From assembly GCF_900232105.1 (NCBI RefSeq), contig NZ_LT934425.1, positions 810,001-842,000 of the forward strand: a stretch of DNA of 32,000 nt. The letters run 5' to 3'. Source of the DNA: Candidatus Kuenenia stuttgartensis. Its GTDB lineage: Bacteria; Planctomycetota; Brocadiia; Brocadiales; Brocadiaceae. The translations under genes were made by a program, and so were the position numbers. The notes under the pieces were generated by a model, which saw only the letters and a program-made list of their open reading frames with translations, ran no database searches and was not told the origin of the DNA. Of the stretch, positions 15,160-22,955 are shown in pieces. How positions within the stretch are numbered: position 1 is the first letter of the stretch; every line of letters starts with the position of its first letter.

Positions 15160-16176
15160 GTGAAATTCCCCGTTTTATTGTCGTTTATTTTTATACTCAC
15201 TCTCCCGTTTTTAACTATTTCTTTGAGGATGAAAACCACAATGGCATCTGAAGAATATGCCGCGAAAATTGCACCTAACGATGAATCAAAGACCGAAGGT
15301 GACTCTGTTAAAGAGAATACAGATATGCACAAACATGGGGAAGCAGTCGGAGTTGAAATGGAAGTTGTTTTTGCAAAAGAGGCAAACAACACTTCTGAGG
15401 AAATTTCATCCGTAGAAAATAATGACGCACCAAAAGAAATCACATTGGAAGCTTTGGATGTTGCTGAAACCGAAGTGCCAGAGGAAACAACAGAAGCAAC
15501 TGACGCAGAAGAAGAGATTGAATATGAAGACGACTTCGGGGAAGACGAAGAATACCTTCAGATAAAAGATTCAATCGAACCATTTAACCGCGCTATGTTT
15601 GTCTTGAATGACAAATTCTATTATTATCTTTTTAAACCCGTATATAAAGGATACAGCTTTGTCGTACCTGAACCTGCAAGAAAGAGTGTGAGAAATTTTT
15701 ACACTAATTTACAAATGCCGGGGCGCTTTTTCAATTGTCTGTTCCAGGGTAAGGGGAAAGGCGCAGGCACAGAATTGTTGCGTTTTACCATTAACAGCAC
15801 ACTGGGGCTTGCAGGTTTTTTTGATGTGGCAAAGGCCGGATTTGATTTAAAGGAATATGACGAAGACGTTGGGCAGACTCTTGCCAAAGCTAATATGGGA
15901 GAAGGCACATACATAGTACTGCCATTTTTCGGGCCATCCAATGTGCGGGATACCGTAGGACTTGCGGGAGATACCCTTCTTAACCCGATAACGTGGGTCA
16001 CTTACTTCTTTCTTGCGCCCATAGAGGGATTCGGAATTAATGCGTATGATGTCACAAACACCGGTTCTCTGGAAGCGGAAGACGCGTATGAAAAAATAAC
16101 AAAACCTGCCATCGACCCCTACATTGCACTCCAGGATGCTTATACAAAAAACCGAATCAAAAAGATCAAGGAATAA
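15160..16176 (+). CDS. mlaA: MlaA/VacJ-family protein with an acidic N-terminal extension
   Basis: The core PFNRAMFVLNDKFYYYLFKPVYKGYSFVVPEPARKSVRNFYTNLQMPGRFFNCLFQGK...INSTLGLAGFFDVA is the VacJ signature. The GTG start at 15160 is preceded by AGGAG. Confidence 0.88.
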   Translation: MKFPVLLSFIFILTLPFLTISLRMKTTMASEEYAAKIAPNDESKTEGDSVKENTDMHKHGEAVGVEMEVVFAKEANNTSEEISSVENNDAPKEITLEALDVAETEVPEETTEATDAEEEIEYEDDFGEDEEYLQIKDSIEPFNRAMFVLNDKFYYYLFKPVYKGYSFVVPEPARKSVRNFYTNLQMPGRFFNCLFQGKGKGAGTELLRFTINSTLGLAGFFDVAKAGFDLKEYDEDVGQTLAKANMGEGTYIVLPFFGPSNVRDTVGLAGDTLLNPITWVTYFFLAPIEGFGINAYDVTNTGSLEAEDAYEKITKPAIDPYIALQDAYTKNRIKKIKE

Positions 16177-16198
16177 CAGCGAAAAGGAGAAGAAAAAT

Positions 16199-17776
16199 AT
16201 GGCAAAATTGGAACGGGCGCTTATCAGCGTATCAGATAAAACAGGAATCGTAACGTTTGCAAAAGAATTACAATCGTTAGGCATAGAAATAATTTCCACC
16301 GGAGGTACCTGTAAATTACTGAAGGAAAACGGCATTGCCGTAATTGAAATCTCAGAATATACAGGGTTCCCGGAGATTATGGACGGCCGTGTGAAAACAC
16401 TGCATCCGAAGGTGCATGGAGGACTCCTGGCATTAAGGAATAATGACTCCCACAAAAAACAAATGAAAGAACTGGGGATAAAACCCATCGATATGGTGGT
16501 GGTAAATCTGTATCCTTTTGAAAAAACAATTGCAAAAGAAGGCGTTTCCATGGAAGAAGCCATAGAAAATATTGATATCGGAGGGCCTTCCATGATACGC
16601 TCTGCCTCTAAAAATTACAGGGATGTCATCGTCATTGTCAACCCAAAGCGTTATGAATTTATTATCGGGGAACTACAGGCAGGGCATAACGATATTTCTG
16701 AAAAAATGCGCTTTGAACTGGCCGTTGAAGCATTCAGAACAACAGGACGCTATGACAGAGTCATTGCAAATTACTTCGACAGTCTTGGGGAAGAAAAAGG
16801 CGGGTATCCAACGGCGCTGTCCCTTGATTATATTAAACGTCAGTCATTGCGTTATGGTGAAAACCCGCATCAATCGGCAGCTTTTTATGCAGAAGAAAAT
16901 ATAAACGAACCATGCGTCTCCAATGCGCAGCAATTGTGCGGAAAAGAGCTTTCATACAATAATATAATAGACCTTCACGCAGCATTGGAATTAGTAAGAG
17001 AATTTGAAAAACCGTCCGCCATCGTAATAAAACATACCAATCCCTGCGGCGCAGCTTCAGCAAATACACTGGCGGCAGCATTTACAAAGGCATATAACGG
17101 AGACCCTGTTTCCGCATTCGGATGTATCCTGGGATTAAACAAAAACGTAGATGCGGCAACCGCTGAGGCAATTACCGGACCGGGGCATTTTGTTGAAGCA
17201 ATAATAGCTCCCGATTACGATCCGCAAGCCATTGAAATACTTACAACAAAAAGAAAATGGGGGAACAGTTTAAGGCTTTTAAAGACAGGTCCCCTTTCGG
17301 CAAAGACGAGAGACGCAAGGATTCAGGAAATAAAAGGCGTTGGCGGAGGCGTCCTTTTGCAAAGCAGGGACATCTCCCTCTATGAACCTGAAAATCTTAA
17401 AACAGTTTCGAAAAAGCAGCCTTCCGAACAAGAAATGGCTGATCTTCGTTTCGCGTTTACTATCTGCAAACATGTTAAATCAAACTGCATTGTTTTGGCA
17501 AAAGACGAAGCGGTTGTGGGAGTCGGTGCAGGGCAAATGAGCAGAATTGATTCTACGGAAATTTCCATAAAAAAGGCCGGCGAAAGAACGAAAGGCGCCG
17601 TGATGGCATCCGATGCCTTTTTCCCCTTCAGGGACTGCGTTGATGTTGCTGCAAAGGCAGGAATAACCGCCATCATTCAACCAGGAGGTTCTAACAGGGA
17701 TGATGAATCAATTGCCGCATCTGATGAACACGGAATCTGCATGGTACTTACCGGACAACGGCATTTCAAACATTAG
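16199..17776 (+). CDS. purH: Bifunctional AICAR formyltransferase / IMP cyclohydrolase PurH
   Basis: [24 protein letters not shown]...GGTCKLL...[13 protein letters not shown], with a C-terminus ending [33 protein letters not shown]. The ATG at 16199 is preceded by AGGAGAAG. Confidence 0.97.
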   Translation: MAKLERALISVSDKTGIVTFAKELQSLGIEIISTGGTCKLLKENGIAVIEISEYTGFPEIMDGRVKTLHPKVHGGLLALRNNDSHKKQMKELGIKPIDMVVVNLYPFEKTIAKEGVSMEEAIENIDIGGPSMIRSASKNYRDVIVIVNPKRYEFIIGELQAGHNDISEKMRFELAVEAFRTTGRYDRVIANYFDSLGEEKGGYPTALSLDYIKRQSLRYGENPHQSAAFYAEENINEPCVSNAQQLCGKELSYNNIIDLHAALELVREFEKPSAIVIKHTNPCGAASANTLAAAFTKAYNGDPVSAFGCILGLNKNVDAATAEAITGPGHFVEAIIAPDYDPQAIEILTTKRKWGNSLRLLKTGPLSAKTRDARIQEIKGVGGGVLLQSRDISLYEPENLKTVSKKQPSEQEMADLRFAFTICKHVKSNCIVLAKDEAVVGVGAGQMSRIDSTEISIKKAGERTKGAVMASDAFFPFRDCVDVAAKAGITAIIQPGGSNRDDESIAASDEHGICMVLTGQRHFKH

Positions 17777-17789
17777 AAACCCATACAAA

Positions 17790-17985
17790 AGCCGGCAGTC
17801 CATAATCGACAGTCTGCCATCGGCAGTCAGCAGAATGATGAAATTAGAAGCACGAAATACGAAAGAAGCACTTGTTTAGAATTTCAAATCATTTTGTCAT
17901 TCGAATTTGTTTCGTATCTCGTACTTCGAATTTCGTATTTTTTATCTCGTGCTTGTTTTATTCTGGCTACGCCAGCTTAAGTATC
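17790..17985. repeat. Family-B modular repeat, copy B2
   Basis: The 47-nt core at 17868-17914 matches 5153-5199 at 46/47. It is flanked by inverted ACGAAAT-type runs. The terminal module at 17947-17979 is the inverted copy of 11944-11976. Confidence 0.7.
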
Positions 17986-17998
17986 ATAAGGTGAGTAC

Positions 17999-18607
17999 AT
18001 GAGGATAAAAATCTGTGGGATCACAAACATCAAAGACGCGGAGACTGCAGTGGAATACGGTGCAGATGCACTGGGATTTGTCTTTGCAATAAGCCCCCGT
18101 CAGGTAACAAAGGAACAAGCAAGGGATATTGTTGCAGCATTGCCTCCCTTCGTTTCCCTTGTAGGAGTGTTTGCTGACGAGCAAGCCGATAAGATCAGGG
18201 GGATTTGTAATTTCTGCGGCATACACACCGTGCAGCTTCACGGCAACGAATCCCCCCCCTATTTAAACGATTTAAAGGGATACAAGATTATAAAGGCATT
18301 CCGGGTTAAGGATGAAAATGACTTAAAACAACTGGCTAATTACAAACCTCACGCCTTTTTACTGGATAGCTATATAAAAGGAGTTATGGGAGGCACCGGA
18401 AAAACGTTTAATTGGGAAATTGCCAAACAGGCGTGTAAATACGGAACTATTATTTTATCGGGTGGGTTGACTCCCGATAATGTAAAGGAAGCAATTCGCA
18501 TTGTCTCCCCCTATGCAGTGGACGTGTCTTCCGGGGTAGAATCCTCTCCGGGAACAAAAAACGCATCTCTCATAAAGGAATTTATAACAAATGCGAAGTG
18601 GCAGTAA
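17999..18607 (+). CDS. trpF: Phosphoribosylanthranilate isomerase TrpF
   Basis: MRIKICGITNIKDAETAVEYGADALGFVF...VQLHGNE...LLDS...GGTGKTFNW...LSGGLTPDNV. No other trp genes are in the window. Confidence 0.93.
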   Translation: MRIKICGITNIKDAETAVEYGADALGFVFAISPRQVTKEQARDIVAALPPFVSLVGVFADEQADKIRGICNFCGIHTVQLHGNESPPYLNDLKGYKIIKAFRVKDENDLKQLANYKPHAFLLDSYIKGVMGGTGKTFNWEIAKQACKYGTIILSGGLTPDNVKEAIRIVSPYAVDVSSGVESSPGTKNASLIKEFITNAKWQ

Positions 18608-18617
18608 ACCACCCCTT

Positions 18618-18842
18618 TTATTTCCTGCCCAGCAGCCACATTATGATAGAAAGAACAATGCTGATAATAATACACGTAGTGAGGGGAAAATAAAAACTGA
18701 AATTCTTCTTTTGCACGGCAATATCTCCGGGAAGCCTTCCTAAAAACGGAATTTTGTTTACAAACAAAAACAAGGCGCCGGCAATAATCAGGATAATGCC
18801 TGTTATTATCAGAACCTTTCCAAACGAACCAAATTCGCCCAT
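18618..18842 (-). CDS. DUF2905-family small membrane protein
   Basis: The 74-aa form starts MGEFGSFGKVLIITGIILIIAG... and carries the hallmark GRLPGDI motif. The longer track ORF (to 18923) adds a non-homologous N-terminus. Confidence 0.75.
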   Translation of the reverse strand: MGEFGSFGKVLIITGIILIIAGALFLFVNKIPFLGRLPGDIAVQKKNFSFYFPLTTCIIISIVLSIIMWLLGRK

Positions 18843-19038
18843 AATACCCCCCCCTTCCCAATCCAAAAAAACATTATTAACGATTATATTATAAACCACT
18901 GAGAATGCAACCGCCCGAAGCATCCCGCAAAAACACTCACTATTATAATTATTATTTGCAAACTATTTCTTGCCCGATTGCCGGATACTTTGTACAATGC
19001 GACGGAATAGTATACGAGAAGAGGAATTTTTGACGATT

Positions 19039-19518
19039 ATGAAAGAAACCACCTGCGAAAAATGGATGTGCCTTGCCATAAACAAGGCAAAAGAAGGAAT
19101 CCTTGACGGCCAAACGCCTTTTGGCGCATGCATAATTAAAAACAATCGGCTAATAAGCTGTGTCCATAACCATGTATGGAAGAATACAGACATTACCGCC
19201 CACGCTGAAATTATCGCAATCAGAGAAGCCTGCAAAATATTAAACACGGTAGACTTATCCGGCTGCACAATATATTCCACCTGCGAACCCTGTCCCATGT
19301 GTTTTTCTGCGTGCCACTGGGCAAGGATAGCAAAAATTGTGTACGGCGCCAGCATTAAAGATGCGTTAGCAATTGGATTTAATGAACTTTCAATTTCCAA
19401 CGAAGCCATGAAAAAAAACGGCGGAAGCCCTGTTGAAATAAAAGGGAACGTTCTCCCGAAAGAAAATATTGCGCTTTTCGCCTTGTGGCTTAAACAACAG
19501 AATAGAAGAATTTATTAA
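19039..19518 (+). CDS. guaD: CDA-fold nucleoside/base deaminase, most similar to guanine deaminase GuaD
   Basis: TPFGACIIKNN...D.TAHAEIIAIREACKIL......CTIYSTCEPCPMCFSACHWARI..IVYGA...DA...GF follows my recollection of B. subtilis GuaD closely. The start is taken at Met24 of the track ORF. Confidence 0.7.
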   Translation: MKETTCEKWMCLAINKAKEGILDGQTPFGACIIKNNRLISCVHNHVWKNTDITAHAEIIAIREACKILNTVDLSGCTIYSTCEPCPMCFSACHWARIAKIVYGASIKDALAIGFNELSISNEAMKKNGGSPVEIKGNVLPKENIALFALWLKQQNRRIY

Positions 19519-19570
19519 ACGCAACAATTCGGTTTTTTGAGCATAGTTTCAGGACAGGAGAAAACAGCAT

Positions 19571-20008
19571 ATGGATCGTTTTATGCGCACCGCAATAGAA
19601 GAAGCAAAGCAGGGATTGCTGGAAGGAGGCATACCCATCGGTTCCGTTTTGGTAAAGGACGGGGAAATTATTGGCAGGGGACACAATAAGCGCGTGCAGG
19701 AAAACAACCCTATAGCGCACGCGGAAATTGATTGCCTTGTCAATTCAGGAAGGGTAGGGAAATACAGTGGTACAACACTTTATTCCACCCTCATGCCCTG
19801 CTACCTTTGTGCCGGAGCAATTGTACAATTCCGCATAAAAAAAATCGTTGTAGGAGAATCGGAAACCTTTAGCGGCGCAAAAGAATTTATGGAACTGCAT
19901 GGGGTAGAAATCATTGATTTAAACATTGAAGAGTGTAAACAGTTAATGAAAGATTTTATACAAAACAATCCTGAACTGTGGAATGAAGATATCGGAGAGC
20001 TTCAGTAG
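19571..20008 (+). CDS. Fcy1-type cytosine deaminase (CDA fold)
   Basis: GGIPIGSVLV.DGEIIGRGHN.R.Q......HAEI..L.N.GR......TLYSTLMPCYLCAGAI, with the C-terminus LMKDFIQNNPELWNEDIGE. This parallels my recollection of yeast Fcy1 (...QFIDERPQDWFEDIGE). Confidence 0.7.
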   Translation: MDRFMRTAIEEAKQGLLEGGIPIGSVLVKDGEIIGRGHNKRVQENNPIAHAEIDCLVNSGRVGKYSGTTLYSTLMPCYLCAGAIVQFRIKKIVVGESETFSGAKEFMELHGVEIIDLNIEECKQLMKDFIQNNPELWNEDIGELQ

Positions 20009-20067
20009 AAACAAATAATATAAAACTGCCGGAGAATCAAATTTCCACTAACACGCTAGATATGGGT

Positions 20068-20199
20068 GCATTCCCGATTTTTTGTAACCGTTCATGAGGT
20101 TAGGACGAAACAACCCTGACAGGGATTCAAACCCTGTCAGGGTTAATATTCTGCAATGTTTCACCGAAACCAGCGGAAGTCACAAAAAATCAGGAATGC
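20068..20199. repeat. About 132-nt nested imperfect palindrome (family C)
   Basis: The outer arms are GCATTCCCGATTTTTTGTAAC (20068-20088) and GTCACAAAAAATCAGGAATGC (20179-20199), pairing at 19/21. The inner perfect stem is AACCCTGACAGGG-ATTCAAA-CCCTGTCAGGGTT (20112-20144). Confidence 0.7.
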
Positions 20200-20306
20200 C
20201 CTCTGAGGTATCTATGATATCTATTTGGAGCAAGATTAAGGCGATAGGCTGGTTAATGCTTGCACAATTTCACGTGCTATTTACTTTACTTAAAAAACTC
20301 AATAAT

Positions 20307-20458
20307 CGTAACGCTTTAGTTTTTTTAAAAATTCTAATAATAGCGCTGTTTACCGCATAGTGTAGGGACGAAACATTTGCCCGTTTGGGTATGAATGCAT
20401 TTATGACAATTTGCAGCAAATACTTCGCCTATATTTTTTCAAAAAACTAAAGTGTTAC
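20307..20458. mobile_element. Family-A MITE, copy A4 (152 bp), with a near-perfect 8-bp target duplication
   Basis: The ends are GTAACGCTTTAGTTTTTTTAAAAATT and AAAAAACTAAAGTGTTAC, matching the IS66-like IR at 23/26 and 23/25. The flanks are CAATAATC (20299-20306) and CTATAATC (20459-20466), a 7/8 match. The core palindrome is at 20361-20432. Confidence 0.8.
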
Positions 20459-20606
20459 CTATAATCATTTTTTTAAAGTGGCAAGTTTATTCGGCAACAA
20501 ATTGTTACCGATCATTGCATAAAAACAATTTTTTCGCATGATTTTGTCCTTTACTTTCTATTACTTGCACTTGTAAATTATCGTAACACTTTAGTTCTTT
20601 GAAAAA

Positions 20607-21983
20607 TTAACAAGCGATGTTATAAGTTAAGCCGGAAGTGGTTTTTGTTAAAAGAGCTTTTTTGGCGTATGCCAGAAGGTTTTCCACGGGGTTGTCTCCT
20701 TGCAATTCTGCAGAGCGAAGCAACGTCATAAGGATAGCCTGGGTATTGGCGCCCTGAACAGAACGATTCTGTTGTGATACCTTTCGGGTCAATACTGGCT
20801 TTCGCATCTGTTGCTCGGCATGATTATTATAGGGACTCACACCTTCATGTTCCAGGAACGTAAAGAGTTCCTGTTTATGGCGCTTCAGGCGTTTGGTCAA
20901 TCTTTGTACGTCTTTATCCTGACAAGGCGTTGCCAAAAACTGTTCAAGCCTGCGATACAATCTTTTTTTTAGCCGAAGAAAGCATACCAGGCTTATCTGG
21001 TTCTTTTTCTCTGATAACCGGATGGCATCCTTGAGCAACCGGGAGAGTTTTTTCCGGAAAGCTTTCCATGCGGCAGAATGGTTGTGGGCATCTACTTTCA
21101 CGAGTTCCGTGAACAGATGATAGAAACACCGCTGCTTTGCCAGTGCGCTTATCTTGTTGTAAGCGCCCAGAAAGTCACAGATCAGGATACCACCAAATAG
21201 AATGCCCAAGAGTTTTTTTATGACAGGAGACCCCCGACTTGGTGTTATGAGATAGTAGCAGAGTTTTTGTGTTGTAAAACACCATAGCCAATGGGTTTTT
21301 CCATTCAACCTCCATCCGGTTTCATCTGCATGTAAGACAGCGCTTGCGGAGACTTTTTGGCCAATCTCGTTATACTGTGGCTCCAGGAGTGTTGCAAGGG
21401 ATTTCCATGCCTGGGTTAGACCGCCGGCGCTTATTTGAAGGTTGAAAAATACGGAAAGCATCTTTACGATGTTGTTTACACTGATACCGATTAAGTAGTG
21501 AAGCCATGCGGTAAAGACAACAAGGCGCAATCCTAGTCGGGCGCCATGCAACGCATCTGTGACCTTGGGTTGAACTATCTTTTTGCAACAAGCACACCAG
21601 TAACCATGAACTGTATGTTCCGTCACAACAGGGTCAAGGCGTGGAATATCTTCGATGTATCGCTTATAAGTTCTTACCGGTTTTTGTAATGGCTGGTGGC
21701 AATCAGGGCAACTCTCCATGGAATGCGTTTGATAGGCAGTTACTGTTTCAGGTCGTTTCCGGCAAACTCCCTTATGTCCCTTTTTCCTGCCACAAGGCCG
21801 TTTTCTCTTTTTCTTTGTGGGCTTTAGATAGGGCGGTATCGAACCGGAAGGGGTAGTCGGACCCGGTTTATCGCAAAGCCGGTCATATTTTTCTGCTTTC
21901 TCCGCCAGTATCAGGATGGCTTGAATCGCATCCTCTCTGTCCATCTCCAAAATAGCTATGGCTTCATCCCTGGTCACAGTCAA
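20607..21983 (-). CDS. IS66-family DDE transposase (single-ORF, TnpC-like)
   Basis: The zinc-finger region is CPDCHQPL...WCACC. HADETGWRLNG, HWLWCF, CDFLGAYN and NNHAEQQMRKPVLTRKVS are IS66 Tnp motifs. I prefer the TTG at 21983, 4 nt after GGAGG, giving (M)TVTRDEAIAILE. The alternatives are GTG at 21977, ATG at 22040 and ATG at 22145. The stop codon lies inside the terminal IR. Confidence 0.88.
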   Translation of the reverse strand: MTVTRDEAIAILEMDREDAIQAILILAEKAEKYDRLCDKPGPTTPSGSIPPYLKPTKKKRKRPCGRKKGHKGVCRKRPETVTAYQTHSMESCPDCHQPLQKPVRTYKRYIEDIPRLDPVVTEHTVHGYWCACCKKIVQPKVTDALHGARLGLRLVVFTAWLHYLIGISVNNIVKMLSVFFNLQISAGGLTQAWKSLATLLEPQYNEIGQKVSASAVLHADETGWRLNGKTHWLWCFTTQKLCYYLITPSRGSPVIKKLLGILFGGILICDFLGAYNKISALAKQRCFYHLFTELVKVDAHNHSAAWKAFRKKLSRLLKDAIRLSEKKNQISLVCFLRLKKRLYRRLEQFLATPCQDKDVQRLTKRLKRHKQELFTFLEHEGVSPYNNHAEQQMRKPVLTRKVSQQNRSVQGANTQAILMTLLRSAELQGDNPVENLLAYAKKALLTKTTSGLTYNIAC

Positions 21984-22846
21984 GAAACCTCCGAAAGTTT
22001 TTTTGAAGAGGGTAGAGGTAGAGATCCTTAGGTTGGCCATGATACAGATAGCGATTGCCCCGTTTTGCGCTCCCTTTGGTTTTGCCAGCACGAATCCAAT
22101 TGGCCGCCTGATAGCAGGTACCCTTAAACCGCGCGGTATCAACAAAGGTTTTCGGCTAAATAAACGGGATGGCCGTAAACGGTATTCCAGTCATCTGACA
22201 GACGTCTGAGGGCAAGTGACAATACCTTGGATGCAAGGTGTTTGATCTTAACCCATGGTAGAATGAGAAATCGTACGTTATTTGCAATCAAATGTAAGTG
22301 TGTACGTTTAGTCGTCTCATCCCATTCAATGAAACGATCACGGTCTTTGACTTTCCATGCGGCGCTTGCCCACCCCAGGCAGGCAACAACCTGATTGCCT
22401 ATACGTACGATGTGTCTGAGGTGTTCGCCAACAAGCCGGGGATTGCCGAGGTAGTGATAGTGTTGGAAGAGATACTCCCAGAGATATCTTTCCTGAGGGT
22501 CTTTTACCACATGGATTGTCAGGTTTTCATACTCTGTGATTTTACCTTCTAGTGGTCTCCTGACGAAAAGGGGTGTCTGGACAAAGACCTTGGGTTTCAG
22601 ATTGTTTTTGGCCCGTATACGTGGAGGAAGCGTTATCAATCCCTGTTCTTCTAATCTCAAAAGGAGGTCTCGTGCTGCGTATTCTTTATGTTTGCCATTG
22701 GGCTGCACCCAGTTCCAATGCTTGCATAGTTCGCAGGAAATATAAGTCCGACCTCTGAGAAAATGCTGCTCGATGAGCGCCTTTATAAAGGCGATATCGT
22801 CCGCATGCAGTTTTCGTGAACGGTATTGGAATATGATAGGCTTCAT
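21964..22846 (-). pseudogene. DUF4338-domain (DruA-like) protein gene with a +1 frameshift in an A4 run
   Basis: The track ORF 22139-22846 ends ...DWNTVYGHPVYLAENLC*. Skipping one A of GAAAACC (22149-22152) gives LAETFVDTARFKGTCYQAANWIRAGKTKGSAKRGNRYLYHGQPKDLYLYPLQKNFRRFLDCDQG*, stopping at 21964-21966. The combination HYLG...RFLILPWV...LAS...DW...YG...LETFVD..RF.GTCY.AANW is the DUF4338 pattern as I recall it. The span is 883 nt (3n+1). Confidence 0.65.
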
Positions 22847-22955
22847 AAACTGTTTCCCTTTATCCCATGTTCCGGAAAGAAATTACTAAAGTCAAATTTG
22901 GCAAACACTTATAAACATTGATTCTGCGACTACATGTCTTTTGGAAGTCTTTTAA

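Noticed and set aside
15847-16593. 248-aa minus-strand ORF (also 15075-15443 and 15699-16001)
   Set aside because: It is long, but antisense to the mlaA/purH junction, where plus-strand homology is decisive. The translation is Ser/Phe/Ile-rich with no motif.
20085-20112. Hammerhead-ribozyme-like string (TCATGAGG...GACGAAAC)
   Set aside because: The CUGAUGA box is not intact (CAUGAG). The would-be stem II is only about 2 bp. No cleavage-site helix could be drawn.
20112-20144. tRNA T-arm-like GGGATTCAAACCC
   Set aside because: It is the tip of a 13-bp perfect hairpin. No acceptor, D or anticodon arms can be formed around it.
20094-20360. 88-aa plus-strand ORF
   Set aside because: It spans the family-C nested palindrome and the left arm of MITE A4, so it is a repeat-derived open frame.
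3328-20432. Recurring GTAGGGGCGAAGCATTTGC motif considered as a CRISPR array
   Set aside because: The copies are kilobases apart, occur as inverted pairs within MITEs, are not regularly spaced, and have no cas genes nearby.
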